From the NCBI GenBank assembly GCA_028279045.1, contig JANQSZ010000022.1, positions 16,388 through 80,387 of the forward strand: DNA of 64,000 nt. The letters run 5' to 3'. A model generated the notes under the pieces. The model had not been told where the DNA came from. It made no database searches and was given only the letters and a program-made list of their open reading frames with translations. A program made the position numbers and the translations under genes. Source of the stretch: Candidatus Nanoarchaeia archaeon (GTDB taxonomy: Archaea; Nanobdellota; Nanobdellia; Woesearchaeales; UBA10216). This document shows, one piece after another, positions 50,751 through 60,979 of the stretch. Numbering within the stretch: the first letter of the stretch is position 1; the number at the start of each line of letters is the position of its first letter.

Positions 50751-53517
50751 AATAGCACCTGGAAAAGATGTGCTAGGTGAACATGTAGCTGCTGCTATTC
50801 AAGAATTAGGTGTTGCTGTTCAAAAAGTTGAGACAACCAAAAGATATTATGTTGCGTGCCAAGATACGCTCCCACAGGAGTTGTTTGCTGATGGAAAAAC
50901 TGCGAAAGTTACGAAAACCACAAGTGTTTCAAATGCATGGATTGTCGAAGTACGGTACAAACCAGGTGTTATGGACCCTGTACAGCAGAGTATCATCAAA
51001 ACGTTGAGTGATGCTGATGTACATGCAACCTGGGCGGCTACCGCGCAACGCTATTTCCTTTTCGGAGTAAGTCATGATGAGGTCAAGAAAATATGCAAAG
51101 AGCTCTTGGTTAATGACTTGTTGCAAGATGTCCTTTTTGGATGGGAAATACTAACTGTAGACCCTGCCAAACCAATTCAAACAGAAGAGAATACGATTGT
51201 CAAGGATGTTCCGCTTATTCAAGCAACTGACGAGGAACTCATGGTTGCCAGTAAAGATCTGACGCTCTCTCTCAATCTTGACGAAATGAAAGCGGTGCAA
51301 GAATACTTCAAAGAACTTGGGCGGGATCCTCGAGACGCAGAGATACAAATGATTGCGCAGACCTGGAGTGAACATTGCAAACATAAGATCTTCACGTCTC
51401 CGATATCCTATACTGAGAACGGAGTTACCCACTCGATTGGTTCATTGATGAAGGATTACATCAAGAAAGCTACATCAGATATCCAAAGTGACTGGGTTGT
51501 TTCTGTCTTTCACGACAATGCAGGAATTGTAAAAGGGACTGATGAAATGAATGTTGCTTTCAAAGTTGAAACGCACAACCATCCTTCTGCTCTTGATCCT
51601 TATGGAGGGGCGGGAACAGGAATTGGAGGAGTTATCCGTGATGTGCTAGGCGTGGGAAAAGGAGCACGCCCGCTGTTTAATACAGATGTATTCTGTTTTG
51701 CGCCGCCAACAACTTCAGAAATTCCAGCAGGCATCTTGCATCCTCGGCGAATCTTGAAAGGAGTTGTTGCTGGGGTTCGGGATTACGGAAACAGAATGGG
51801 GATACCTACTATTAATGGAAGTATTACGTTTCACCCCAATTATTTGGGTGCGCCACTTGTCTTTTGTGGGACAGCAGGTATTATACCTGCAGGAATGGAA
51901 GAAAAGTCAATCCAGCCCGGAGATATTATTGTTGTTGTAGGAGGAAGAACAGGCCGAGATGGTATTCATGGCGCTACTTTTTCATCCGCAGCACTGGATG
52001 CAGATTCTGCAACGAGTGCTGTGCAGATAGGAAACCCAATAGAAGAAAAACGTGTGCTGGATCTTTTGATGCAGGCGCGAGATCGCAACCTTTACCGATC
52101 AATTACAGATTGTGGCGCAGGTGGATTTAGTTCGGCTATTGGAGAAATGGCAGAACAAGGATGTCACGTGCAACTAGAAAATGCACCTGTGAAGTATGCA
52201 GGGCTGAGTCCTTGGGAATTATGGTTATCTGAATCACAAGAGCGAATGGTTCTAGCTGTGCCTCAAGAAAAACTGCAAGAATTGCTTGCACTTTGTGCAG
52301 AAGAAGATGTAGAAGCAGCAGTTCTGGGCAATTTCACTGATTCAAACAAAGTACTTGTGGTGCATAAAGAAAAAACCGTTGTTGAACTAGATGTGAAGTT
52401 TTTGCACGAAGGGCTTCCACGGAAAGAGAAGATAGCGTCGTGGAAACCTCAGAAAATTGAAGAGCCGGAACTTGACGAACCGGACTATGGGAAAACGCTG
52501 CTGAAAATGCTGGGCATGCCAAGCATAGCAAGCAAAGAATGGGTTATCAGGCAATATGATCATGAAGTGCAAGGATTGCGGGTGCAGGGACCGTTCTCTG
52601 GAAACGGACCCTCAGATGCTTCTGCCGTGCGGATTCAACATGGGAAACAGACTGGTGTTGTTGTTGCGAATGGAATCAATCCGAGATACAGTGCGATTGA
52701 TAGTTATGCAATGGCTGCATGCGCAATAGACGAAGCAATGAGAAATGTTGTATGTGCGGGTGGTAATCCCAACCGAACAGCATTACTTGATAATTTTTGC
52801 TGGGGAACCGTGAATGAAGAATCACTGGGAAGACTGGTGCGGGCTGTGAAAGCATGCTACGATGTTGCTACCTTGTACAAAACACCATTCATATCTGGAA
52901 AGGATAGTTTTCACAATGAATTTAGGACGGGGCAAGAGAGTATTTCCATACCAGATACGCTGTTGATTTCAGCATTGTCGATTGTTGAAAATGTAGCAAA
53001 AACAACCAGCATGGATCTGAAGAAAACAGGAAACACATTGTACATTGTGGGTTCTACGTACAATGAATTAGGTGGATCTCACTATTACGAACTTGCGGGT
53101 GCTGTCGGAAAGAACGTTCCAATAGTTCGGCCAGAGATGGCAAAGAAACACATGGAACAACTGTATGCAGCAATGCAGAAAGGACTTGTGAAATCCTGTC
53201 ATGATTGTTCCGAGGGCGGACTTGGTGTTGCGCTCGCAGAAATGACAATTGCAGGAGATAAAGGAATACATGTTAATTTAGAATCGGTACCGCAGATTGG
53301 GTGTGCAAACCCGTCACAAATTCTCTTTTCAGAGTCTGCATCACGCTTTATAGTAGAGGTCGGGGATGAAGAAGCATTTGAACAAATGGTAGAGGCGACG
53401 AAGATTGGAAAAGTACTTGCGCAGAAAGCGCTTGTTGTTACGCACAACGAAGAACCTCTTATTGATGAAACAATTGAAGCGATGAGCACTGCGTGGCGAG
53501 GTGCTTTAACATGGTGA
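50698..53517 (+). CDS. purL: FGAM synthase PurL with fused N-terminal PurS-like domain(s)
   Basis: KPGVMDPV (PurS-like), QTWSEHCKHK, KVETHNHPS, DCGAGG, SESQERM and SGKDS; start uncertain (53-nt overlap with purM). Confidence 0.93.
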   Translation: MTSEQLSSEKALRIQTIEIAPGKDVLGEHVAAAIQELGVAVQKVETTKRYYVACQDTLPQELFADGKTAKVTKTTSVSNAWIVEVRYKPGVMDPVQQSIIKTLSDADVHATWAATAQRYFLFGVSHDEVKKICKELLVNDLLQDVLFGWEILTVDPAKPIQTEENTIVKDVPLIQATDEELMVASKDLTLSLNLDEMKAVQEYFKELGRDPRDAEIQMIAQTWSEHCKHKIFTSPISYTENGVTHSIGSLMKDYIKKATSDIQSDWVVSVFHDNAGIVKGTDEMNVAFKVETHNHPSALDPYGGAGTGIGGVIRDVLGVGKGARPLFNTDVFCFAPPTTSEIPAGILHPRRILKGVVAGVRDYGNRMGIPTINGSITFHPNYLGAPLVFCGTAGIIPAGMEEKSIQPGDIIVVVGGRTGRDGIHGATFSSAALDADSATSAVQIGNPIEEKRVLDLLMQARDRNLYRSITDCGAGGFSSAIGEMAEQGCHVQLENAPVKYAGLSPWELWLSESQERMVLAVPQEKLQELLALCAEEDVEAAVLGNFTDSNKVLVVHKEKTVVELDVKFLHEGLPRKEKIASWKPQKIEEPELDEPDYGKTLLKMLGMPSIASKEWVIRQYDHEVQGLRVQGPFSGNGPSDASAVRIQHGKQTGVVVANGINPRYSAIDSYAMAACAIDEAMRNVVCAGGNPNRTALLDNFCWGTVNEESLGRLVRAVKACYDVATLYKTPFISGKDSFHNEFRTGQESISIPDTLLISALSIVENVAKTTSMDLKKTGNTLYIVGSTYNELGGSHYYELAGAVGKNVPIVRPEMAKKHMEQLYAAMQKGLVKSCHDCSEGGLGVALAEMTIAGDKGIHVNLESVPQIGCANPSQILFSESASRFIVEVGDEEAFEQMVEATKIGKVLAQKALVVTHNEEPLIDETIEAMSTAWRGALTW

Positions 53518-54221
53518 AAGCTATAGTTCTGCGGACCGCGGGAGTGAACTGCGATGCGGAAACAGTACATGCGCTTAAACTTGCGGGTGCAGATGTTGAC
53601 CTAGTTCATGTAAACTCGCTCATCGCAGGAAAAGTTACACTTGATTCATATTCCATCCTTGTTATTCCTGGTGGTTTCTCATACGGCGATGATTTAGGGG
53701 GAGGGCGAGTGTTAGCAACTCAACTTGTTCGCAAACTCAGAGGGCCGCTTGATAAATTTGTGCAAGATGGTAAAATAGTAATTGGTGTTTGTAATGGTTT
53801 CCAAGTGTTAACGCAAGCAGGTTTATTGCCAGGGAAACTTGACGCGAATGCATCAGGAAAATTTGAATGTCGCTGGGTACGGTTGAAAGCAGCGCCATCG
53901 CTCTTCACGAAAAACATTGAATACATCGAGATGCCTGTTGCGCACGGCGAAGGCAGAGTTGTTGGGGATGTGTATGATAATGCAGTATTCCTGTATGTGG
54001 ATAGCGAAGGAGAGGAAGCAGAATATCCTGCAAATCCAAATGGGAGTGCGCATGGGATAGCAGGGGTTGTTAATGAAAAAGGGAACGTGCTTGGCATGAT
54101 GCCACACCCAGAACGTAATATTTACACAGAAAGTCATCCTTCATGGACGCAAGGACATGTAGGAGGAGAAGGATTGAAAATATATCAAAATGCAGTACGC
54201 TATGCGGAGGAGCACTTATGA
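53511..54221 (+). CDS. purQ: FGAM synthase glutaminase subunit
   Basis: GVNCD, PGGFSYGD, GVCNGFQ, AHGEG and MMPHPER. Confidence 0.95.
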   Translation: MVKAIVLRTAGVNCDAETVHALKLAGADVDLVHVNSLIAGKVTLDSYSILVIPGGFSYGDDLGGGRVLATQLVRKLRGPLDKFVQDGKIVIGVCNGFQVLTQAGLLPGKLDANASGKFECRWVRLKAAPSLFTKNIEYIEMPVAHGEGRVVGDVYDNAVFLYVDSEGEEAEYPANPNGSAHGIAGVVNEKGNVLGMMPHPERNIYTESHPSWTQGHVGGEGLKIYQNAVRYAEEHL

Positions 54222-54967
54222 AAATATTAGTAATGTTTGGAAGTGGAAGCGACAAGGAAACTTACGATCCTGTTGTCGCTGGATTGAAACAAAGTAATGA
54301 TGTTACGGTACGCGTTTTAAGCGCGCACAAAACACCAAAACAAGCTGAAGCAGCGCTTGCAGGAGACTACGACTTGTATGTTGCAGGTGCTGGTCTTGCA
54401 TCGCATCTTCCTGGATTTATCGCAGCGAAAGTTACTAAACCCGTCGTGGGAATTCCCTGCCCTGGGAAGTTTGGTGGACTTGACGCCTTATTGTCAACGT
54501 TGCAAATGCCACCAGGCATTCCTGTGTTAACGACGGGAGTTAGTGGGAAACAAGCTGCGCAGCAAATTTCTCGAATGAGAGATACGCAAGGAGTGCTAAC
54601 TGTTGTTGGTGGGCCTGCAAACAAATACGTGGAAAAAGCAGAAGCAATACTCAAGGAACTCGGAGTAAGCTATCAACTTAGCAATGCGTGTCGGGCTGGA
54701 TGTATGAACATACAATTCGTTCCACTTGGAGAAAAAACCGCAGAACAAGATAGAATGATCATCTATGTTCCAATTGCTGATGAAACAAACCCAGAAGATG
54801 CGCTTAAACTATTAGAAATGACGCAGCATGGTTTGTGGGTTGGCGTAAACAGAGCAGACAATGCAGCGATCGCAGCAGCTCAACTGCAAGGAAACATTGC
54901 ACAAGTTGAGGCGTATCGTGAAAAAATAGCAGCAAAAGTACTCGAGGCTGATAAAAATGAGCAATGA
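54218..54967 (+). CDS. purE: AIR carboxylase/N5-CAIR mutase family, extended
   Basis: FGSGSD, SAHKT, AGAGLASHLPG and LSTLQMPPGIPV; about 249 aa. Confidence 0.88.
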   Translation: MKILVMFGSGSDKETYDPVVAGLKQSNDVTVRVLSAHKTPKQAEAALAGDYDLYVAGAGLASHLPGFIAAKVTKPVVGIPCPGKFGGLDALLSTLQMPPGIPVLTTGVSGKQAAQQISRMRDTQGVLTVVGGPANKYVEKAEAILKELGVSYQLSNACRAGCMNIQFVPLGEKTAEQDRMIIYVPIADETNPEDALKLLEMTQHGLWVGVNRADNAAIAAAQLQGNIAQVEAYREKIAAKVLEADKNEQ

Positions 54968-55883
54968 TATCCAAGCGCAACTTGCACATGCACTAGAAAA
55001 CACCCATCTTGACATCGGCGAGAAATACGAAGGAAAAGTTCGAGATGTGTACAAGAAAGGTGGGAAAATGGCAATAATAGCTACGGACCGCGTTTCAGCA
55101 TTTGACAAAGTGCTCGGGACGATTCCTTTCCGAGGGCAAGTACTTACGCAAATGGCGCAATTTTGGTTTGACCAGACAAAAGACATCATGTCGAATCACG
55201 TATTGCAAGTTCCAGCGCCTAATGTTATGATTGTTGCAGAATGCGAGCCAGTAATGGTTGAGTTTGTTGTACGCGGATACATTACAGGGAACTCTTCGAC
55301 ATCACTATGGAAAACTTACAGCGAAGGGAGAGACCCTTACGGACTGAATCTTCCTGCAGGTTTGAAGAAGCATCAAAAGCTAGCAGAACCTGTCATTACA
55401 CCAACGACAAAAGCAGAACAAGGGGAACATGATGCACCAATCACTCCTGAAGAAATTGTTCGGCGTGGGTTGTTGACGAAAGACGAATATGACGAGCTTG
55501 CACGGAAAACGACTCAGCTCTACAAACGAGGAGCTGAATTTGCAGCGAAAAACGGTATGATTCTGGTTGATACCAAATATGAATTTGGAAAATTGAACGG
55601 GGAATTTGTTGTTATCGATGAAATCCACACGCCAGATTCATCGCGATACTGGTATGCAGACAGCTACGTTGAAGGAGAAGAACCGAAAGCACTTGACAAA
55701 GAGTTTATTCGCCAATGGTTATTGGATCAAGGCTTTTCAGGAGACGGAGAACCGCCAGCGCTACCTGATGAGATTCGAATAGAAGCTGCTCGACGATATA
55801 TTGAAACGTATGAAAAAATAACAGGAGCTCAGTTTGAAGGTGCTGTTGGATCAGCAACTTGGCTGAACCAGGTGACGCTATGA
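54957..55883 (+). CDS. purC: SAICAR synthetase
   Basis: GKVRDVY, TDRVSAFD, DTKYEFG, DEIHTPDSSR and LDKE. Confidence 0.95.
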   Translation: MSNDIQAQLAHALENTHLDIGEKYEGKVRDVYKKGGKMAIIATDRVSAFDKVLGTIPFRGQVLTQMAQFWFDQTKDIMSNHVLQVPAPNVMIVAECEPVMVEFVVRGYITGNSSTSLWKTYSEGRDPYGLNLPAGLKKHQKLAEPVITPTTKAEQGEHDAPITPEEIVRRGLLTKDEYDELARKTTQLYKRGAEFAAKNGMILVDTKYEFGKLNGEFVVIDEIHTPDSSRYWYADSYVEGEEPKALDKEFIRQWLLDQGFSGDGEPPALPDEIRIEAARRYIETYEKITGAQFEGAVGSATWLNQVTL

Positions 55884-57256
55884 ACTACTCGTCGCTTAGC
55901 CCGCTGGATTACCGCTACTACGATAAAGCGTTAGCACCGTACTTGTCAGAAGAGGCAGCGGTGCATTATCAAGCGCAAGTAGAAGTTGCACTTGTTGCAG
56001 AACTTGCTGAAGAAGGAATTTGTAGTAAGAAGGTTGCTTCTGAGATTGCGAAAGCAGCGCAGAAAGTGAAAGCAGAAGATGTGTACAAGGAAGAAGCAGT
56101 GATCAAACACAATATTCGGGCGTTAGTGAATGTTATGAAACGACATGTATCCAAGCAAGCGAAGCCGTACATTCATTTGACGGCGACGTCAATGGATATT
56201 GTGAATACAGCAGATTCTGCACGAGTAAAAGATGTAGTGGATGCTGTTGTTGTTCCTGAACTGGTTGAACTCGAGAGAACGCTTATCAATATTGCGCGAC
56301 AGGAGAAAGACACGGTTCAAATTGGACGGACGCATGGGCAGCATGCAGAGCCCATTACCTTTGGTTTTGCGCTTGCCGAATATGTCGATCGTTTAGGTGG
56401 GAGAATTGATACTGTACGGGATGCAAATAAAGAATTGCGAGGAAAACTTTCGGGAGCAGTGGGAGCGTATAATGCGTCGTCGATCTTCATCAAGAATCCT
56501 GTTGATTTTGAATCAAAAGTGCTGAAGCGACTTGGCTTGCAGCCGGCACGACATGCAACACAGATTGTCGAGCCAGAATATCTACTTGATTTACATCATT
56601 CCCTTGCGAGCACATTTGGTGTGTTGGCAAGCTTAGCAGATGATTTGAGGCATTTACAACGATCTGAAATCAAAGAAGTTGCTGAGCATTTTCAAGGGAA
56701 ACAAGTTGGGTCGAGTACAATGCCTCACAAACGCAACCCAATACATTTTGAGAATGTTAAATCATTGTGGAAAGCATTTGTACCAAGGATGATGACTGGG
56801 TATATGGATCAGTTGTCTGAGCATCAGCGAGATCTGACGAATTCAGCATCGGGAAAGTTTACGCTGGAGTTGATTTCAGGAGTTACTATTGCTGCTAAAC
56901 GATTACGGAGAGTGCTGGATCGCCTTGTGGTTGACAAGGAGCACATGACTTCTAATTTTAGAAAAGCTGCAGATATGGTAGTTGCTGAACCTGCGTATCT
57001 TTTACTTGCAAAATACGGTCACCCTGATGCGCACGAAATTATACGGCAGTTGACGTTGCGGGCAGAACACAAAGGAACGCTTTTTGTCGACGAGCTTCGT
57101 GCAGAGGACTCTGTAAAAGAATACACAGCTAAGTTTTCTCAGAGCGAGTGGAATATGTTAAAGGAGCCAGAAACCTACGTTGGATTGGCACCGAAACGAA
57201 CTGAAGCGATTACAAAATACTGGGAGGGACGACTTAATGAGTACGGATTATCGTGA
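55880..57256 (+). CDS. purB: adenylosuccinate lyase
   Basis: GRTHGQHA, GAVG, GSSTMPHKRNP and HQRDLTNS. Confidence 0.95.
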   Translation: MNYSSLSPLDYRYYDKALAPYLSEEAAVHYQAQVEVALVAELAEEGICSKKVASEIAKAAQKVKAEDVYKEEAVIKHNIRALVNVMKRHVSKQAKPYIHLTATSMDIVNTADSARVKDVVDAVVVPELVELERTLINIARQEKDTVQIGRTHGQHAEPITFGFALAEYVDRLGGRIDTVRDANKELRGKLSGAVGAYNASSIFIKNPVDFESKVLKRLGLQPARHATQIVEPEYLLDLHHSLASTFGVLASLADDLRHLQRSEIKEVAEHFQGKQVGSSTMPHKRNPIHFENVKSLWKAFVPRMMTGYMDQLSEHQRDLTNSASGKFTLELISGVTIAAKRLRRVLDRLVVDKEHMTSNFRKAADMVVAEPAYLLLAKYGHPDAHEIIRQLTLRAEHKGTLFVDELRAEDSVKEYTAKFSQSEWNMLKEPETYVGLAPKRTEAITKYWEGRLNEYGLS

Positions 57257-58265
57257 TTTTACCATTGCAACTATTGGAAGCCACAGTGCACTCCAGATAT
57301 TAAGGGGAGCTAAAGATGAAGGGTTTCGAACGCTGGCGATTTGCCAGGAAGGGAGGGAGCTTCCCTACAAATCATACAAAGTAGCAGATGAAATCATTAG
57401 TTTGGGATCGCTTTCTGATTTTCCAAAAATACAAGATCAGCTTAGAGAGAAGAATGCAATCGTAATTCCGCACGGATCTTTTTTTGGTGCAATGGACCTG
57501 GAAACAATGCAGCAACTTAAGATCATGTACTATGGAAATAAGAACATTCTACCGTGGGAGTTTGACCGGACGAGGCAGAGAAGCTGGCTAAGCAGAGCAG
57601 GATTACATTTGCCTAAGATCTTTGAGAGTCCAGAAGATATTGATCGGCCTGTTATTATCAAATTCTTTGGCGCTGGGGGAGGTAAAGGATTCTTTTTGGC
57701 AAGAAACCCGGAAGAGTTCAAGCAGAAAATAGCAGCACATCCAGGGCAATCGTATGTTATACAGGAGTATGTTATTGGTGCGCCGGTGTACATTCACTAT
57801 TTTTACTCGTCGTTAACAGGAGAACTCGAAATAATGAGTTTTGACAAGCGATACGAGAGTAATGTAGATGCCATAGGCAGGGTGGCTGCGAAAGATCAAC
57901 TTGATTTGGGATTAGAGACGAGTTACAACATCATGGGGAATGTTCCCATAGTTGTTCGAGAATCATTACTTCCAGAAATGTTTCAGATGGGACAGGCAGT
58001 TATTGATGCGTCGCAGCAACTTGAACAGCACGGCTTATTTGGGCCGTTTTGCCTAGAGACTATTGTTACACCTGACTTGAAATTCTCTGTCTTCGAAATA
58101 TCTGCACGGATTGTGGCGGGAACGAATCCATTCATCAACGGAACTCCTTATACGTGGCTACGGTACAATGAGCCGATGAGCACAGGAAGACGGATTGCAC
58201 GAGAAATAAAACACGCCATAACACAGGAGCAATTGAAAAAGGTACTAGTAAATGATCACCACTGA
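57237..58265 (+). CDS. purP: PurP-family ATP-grasp protein (formate-dependent FAICAR synthetase-like), copy 1
   Basis: TIGSHSALQILRGAKDEG, PHGSF, GNVPIVVRESLL, EISARIVAGTN and MSTGRRIA. Confidence 0.9.
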   Translation: MSTDYRDFTIATIGSHSALQILRGAKDEGFRTLAICQEGRELPYKSYKVADEIISLGSLSDFPKIQDQLREKNAIVIPHGSFFGAMDLETMQQLKIMYYGNKNILPWEFDRTRQRSWLSRAGLHLPKIFESPEDIDRPVIIKFFGAGGGKGFFLARNPEEFKQKIAAHPGQSYVIQEYVIGAPVYIHYFYSSLTGELEIMSFDKRYESNVDAIGRVAAKDQLDLGLETSYNIMGNVPIVVRESLLPEMFQMGQAVIDASQQLEQHGLFGPFCLETIVTPDLKFSVFEISARIVAGTNPFINGTPYTWLRYNEPMSTGRRIAREIKHAITQEQLKKVLVNDHH

Positions 58266-59373
58266 ACAAATCAAAGAAGTATTGAAAGGATATGATATGA
58301 ATAACATTCATATTGGTAGCCTCGGTGGGCATAGTGCGCTGGATGTTTGTCGAGGAGCAAAAAAGGAAGGATTCAAGACGGTTGTTGTAGCGCAGAAAGG
58401 GAGAGAAGAGACATATACTGAGCATTTTAAGTCGGATGGTAGCAAAGGATGTGTGGATCGCGTTATTATTGTTGAGAAATTTTCGGATATTGTTAAACCA
58501 GATGTGCAGCAACGGTTACGTGAGTTAAATACTATTTTCATTCATAGCAGGTACTTTTGGGTGTACTGCAATTTTACTGAAATAGAGAATGATTTCCTTG
58601 TTCCCATTTTTGGAACGAGGGAACTTGTACGGAAAGAAGAACGAGATGAAGAAGACAATCAGTACGATATTCTTAATCGAGGAGGAATTCGAATTCCAAA
58701 ACAGTTTAGTAGGGCTGAGGATATTGACCGACTCTGTATTGTCAAAGCAAGTGAAGCTTCCCGTGGTTATGAACGGGCATTCTTCTACGTTTCGAGCTTT
58801 GAAGACTACCAAAAAAAATCAGCAGAACTTATTGCGAATGGGACTATAACAGAAGAATCACTTAAAGTTGCGGTTATCGAAGAATTTGTTATCGGTCCGC
58901 AGATAAATTTAAATTTTTTCTACTCAAAGCTGACAGATACAATTGAATTACTTGGTACAGACATGCGTCGACAGACAAACATCGACGGATTGCTGCGATT
59001 AACTGCGCAAGAGCAACTTGATGTGCTGAAACATGCGCAACCGAAGTATATTGAACAAGGCCACGTTGCAGTCACTATGAAAGAATCGTTGATTCAACAA
59101 GCTTTTGAATTGGGAACACGATTTGTTTCAGCGACAGCACAGTATGGAAACATCATTGGACCGTTTGCGCTGCAAGGTGCTGTTGTTGCTGGCCCACCGA
59201 AAGAAGAATTTGTTATTTTTGACGTCAGCATGAGGATACCGGGAAGTCCTGGAACAATGTTTACGCCGTACAGCGGATATCTTTATGGGGAGAGTATGAG
59301 CGTTGGACAACGCATTGCTATGGAAATCAAATCTGCAATTACCGAGGGAAAAATTGACTTGATAGTGACATGA
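58252..59373 (+). CDS. purP: PurP-family ATP-grasp protein, copy 2 (divergent paralogue)
   Basis: GGHSALDVCRGAK, LGTDMRRQTNIDG, GPFALQG and DVSMRIPGSPG. Confidence 0.85.
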   Translation: MITTEQIKEVLKGYDMNNIHIGSLGGHSALDVCRGAKKEGFKTVVVAQKGREETYTEHFKSDGSKGCVDRVIIVEKFSDIVKPDVQQRLRELNTIFIHSRYFWVYCNFTEIENDFLVPIFGTRELVRKEERDEEDNQYDILNRGGIRIPKQFSRAEDIDRLCIVKASEASRGYERAFFYVSSFEDYQKKSAELIANGTITEESLKVAVIEEFVIGPQINLNFFYSKLTDTIELLGTDMRRQTNIDGLLRLTAQEQLDVLKHAQPKYIEQGHVAVTMKESLIQQAFELGTRFVSATAQYGNIIGPFALQGAVVAGPPKEEFVIFDVSMRIPGSPGTMFTPYSGYLYGESMSVGQRIAMEIKSAITEGKIDLIVT

Positions 59374-60896
59374 TACTCATCATAGATTTTGGAGGGCAGT
59401 ATTGCCACCTCATTGCACGTAAAATTAGAGAACTTGGAGTGAATACAGAAATTCGGACACATGCGATTACTGCAGATCAAGTTCGAATGTATGATCCTGA
59501 CGGAATAATTCTTTCTGGAGGACCTATGAGCGTGAATGCAAAAGGAGCGCTTACTTTAGATCCAGATATTTTGGAACTAAACATTCCTGTGCTGGGAATA
59601 TGCTATGGTCATCAATTGCTTGCCAAGCTCACAGGAGGAAAAGTGGTTCGGGCGAGTAAAGAATATGGGAAGGAAACTTTTCGTGCGAAGAAGCATAAAT
59701 TGTTCGAGGGAACGGAGAATGCTGAGCAAGTATGGATGAGCCACGGCGATACTGTTGAATCGCTTGGTGAAGGTTTCAAACAGTTGGGAAAGACAGAGAC
59801 GTGTCCTGTTGCAGCGTATGCAGATGACAAACGACAGCTGTATGGTGTGCAATTTCATCCGGAAGTAGCACATACACCATCAGGAAAACAAATACTTGTT
59901 AATTTTTTGAAACTATGTCATGCAGAGAAAGACCATCAAGAGAAAAATCGAGCGGATCGACTTGTTACTGGTGTTCGGGAACTGTTGAATGGTGACGGAG
60001 TTATTCTAGGGCTGAGTGGTGGTGTTGATTCGCTTGTCGCTGCGCTCATCATACAAAAAGCAACAGATAACTTGCATTGTGTGTATGTTGATCATGGTCT
60101 TGTTCGGAAGAACGAAACAGAATATGTGAAGAAACTTGCAAAGGAGTATGGGTTTAAGCATTTTTATGCAGTTGACGCGTCGACGGTATTTTTGAAAAAA
60201 CTACGAGGTATTGTTGATCCTGAACAAAAACGCAAGATCATTGGGAAAACATTTGTTGAGGAATTTGAGAAAAAAGTTAACGAGTTGAAGAAGAAACGCG
60301 GAAATATTACCTTTTTGGGGCAGGGAACTATTTACCCTGATAGAATTGAATCTGCGCAACCATCAGGAAATGCATCGGTGATAAAAACACACCATAATGT
60401 TGGTGGATTGCCAAAACGCATGAAACTAAGTCTTGTTGAACCGCTCTCTAATTATTACAAGGATGAAGTGCGCGAGATCGGAAAAGAGCTGGGAATAAAA
60501 GACGAGCATTTGAATAGACATCCGTTTCCTGGACCTGGTCTTGCGGTTCGCATTGTTGGACCGATAACAGAGGATAACATTAGAATGGTAAGGGAAGCAG
60601 ATGCAATTTTTACTGAAGCATTGCAGACATCTGGCGAGTACGAACGTGTCTGGCAAGCACTTGCAGCACTACTTCCGGTAAAAAGTGTGGGGGTAATGGG
60701 GGATGAACGCACCTATGATTCTATGATTGCGCTGCGGGCAGTTACATCAGAAGATGCTATGACTGCAGACTGGGCTCGGCTACCCTATGAGCTGTTGGAA
60801 GAAGTGTCATCACGTATTATTAGGGAAGTGAGGGGAGTAAATAGAGTGGTGTATGATATAAGTCAGAAGCCACCTGCAACGATTGAGTACGAGTAA
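59370..60896 (+). CDS. guaA: GMP synthase (single chain, GATase plus ATPPase)
   Basis: GICYGHQ, QFHPEV, SGGVDS, IKTHHNVG and KPPATIEYE. Confidence 0.96.
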   Translation: MILIIDFGGQYCHLIARKIRELGVNTEIRTHAITADQVRMYDPDGIILSGGPMSVNAKGALTLDPDILELNIPVLGICYGHQLLAKLTGGKVVRASKEYGKETFRAKKHKLFEGTENAEQVWMSHGDTVESLGEGFKQLGKTETCPVAAYADDKRQLYGVQFHPEVAHTPSGKQILVNFLKLCHAEKDHQEKNRADRLVTGVRELLNGDGVILGLSGGVDSLVAALIIQKATDNLHCVYVDHGLVRKNETEYVKKLAKEYGFKHFYAVDASTVFLKKLRGIVDPEQKRKIIGKTFVEEFEKKVNELKKKRGNITFLGQGTIYPDRIESAQPSGNASVIKTHHNVGGLPKRMKLSLVEPLSNYYKDEVREIGKELGIKDEHLNRHPFPGPGLAVRIVGPITEDNIRMVREADAIFTEALQTSGEYERVWQALAALLPVKSVGVMGDERTYDSMIALRAVTSEDAMTADWARLPYELLEEVSSRIIREVRGVNRVVYDISQKPPATIEYE

Positions 60897-60979
60897 TTCT
60901 TGTCACTATTTCTGAATACTCAACAAATTACTTATAAACAGCCCAATCCTTTATTACTACGTATTGGTAGGGGAAGATC

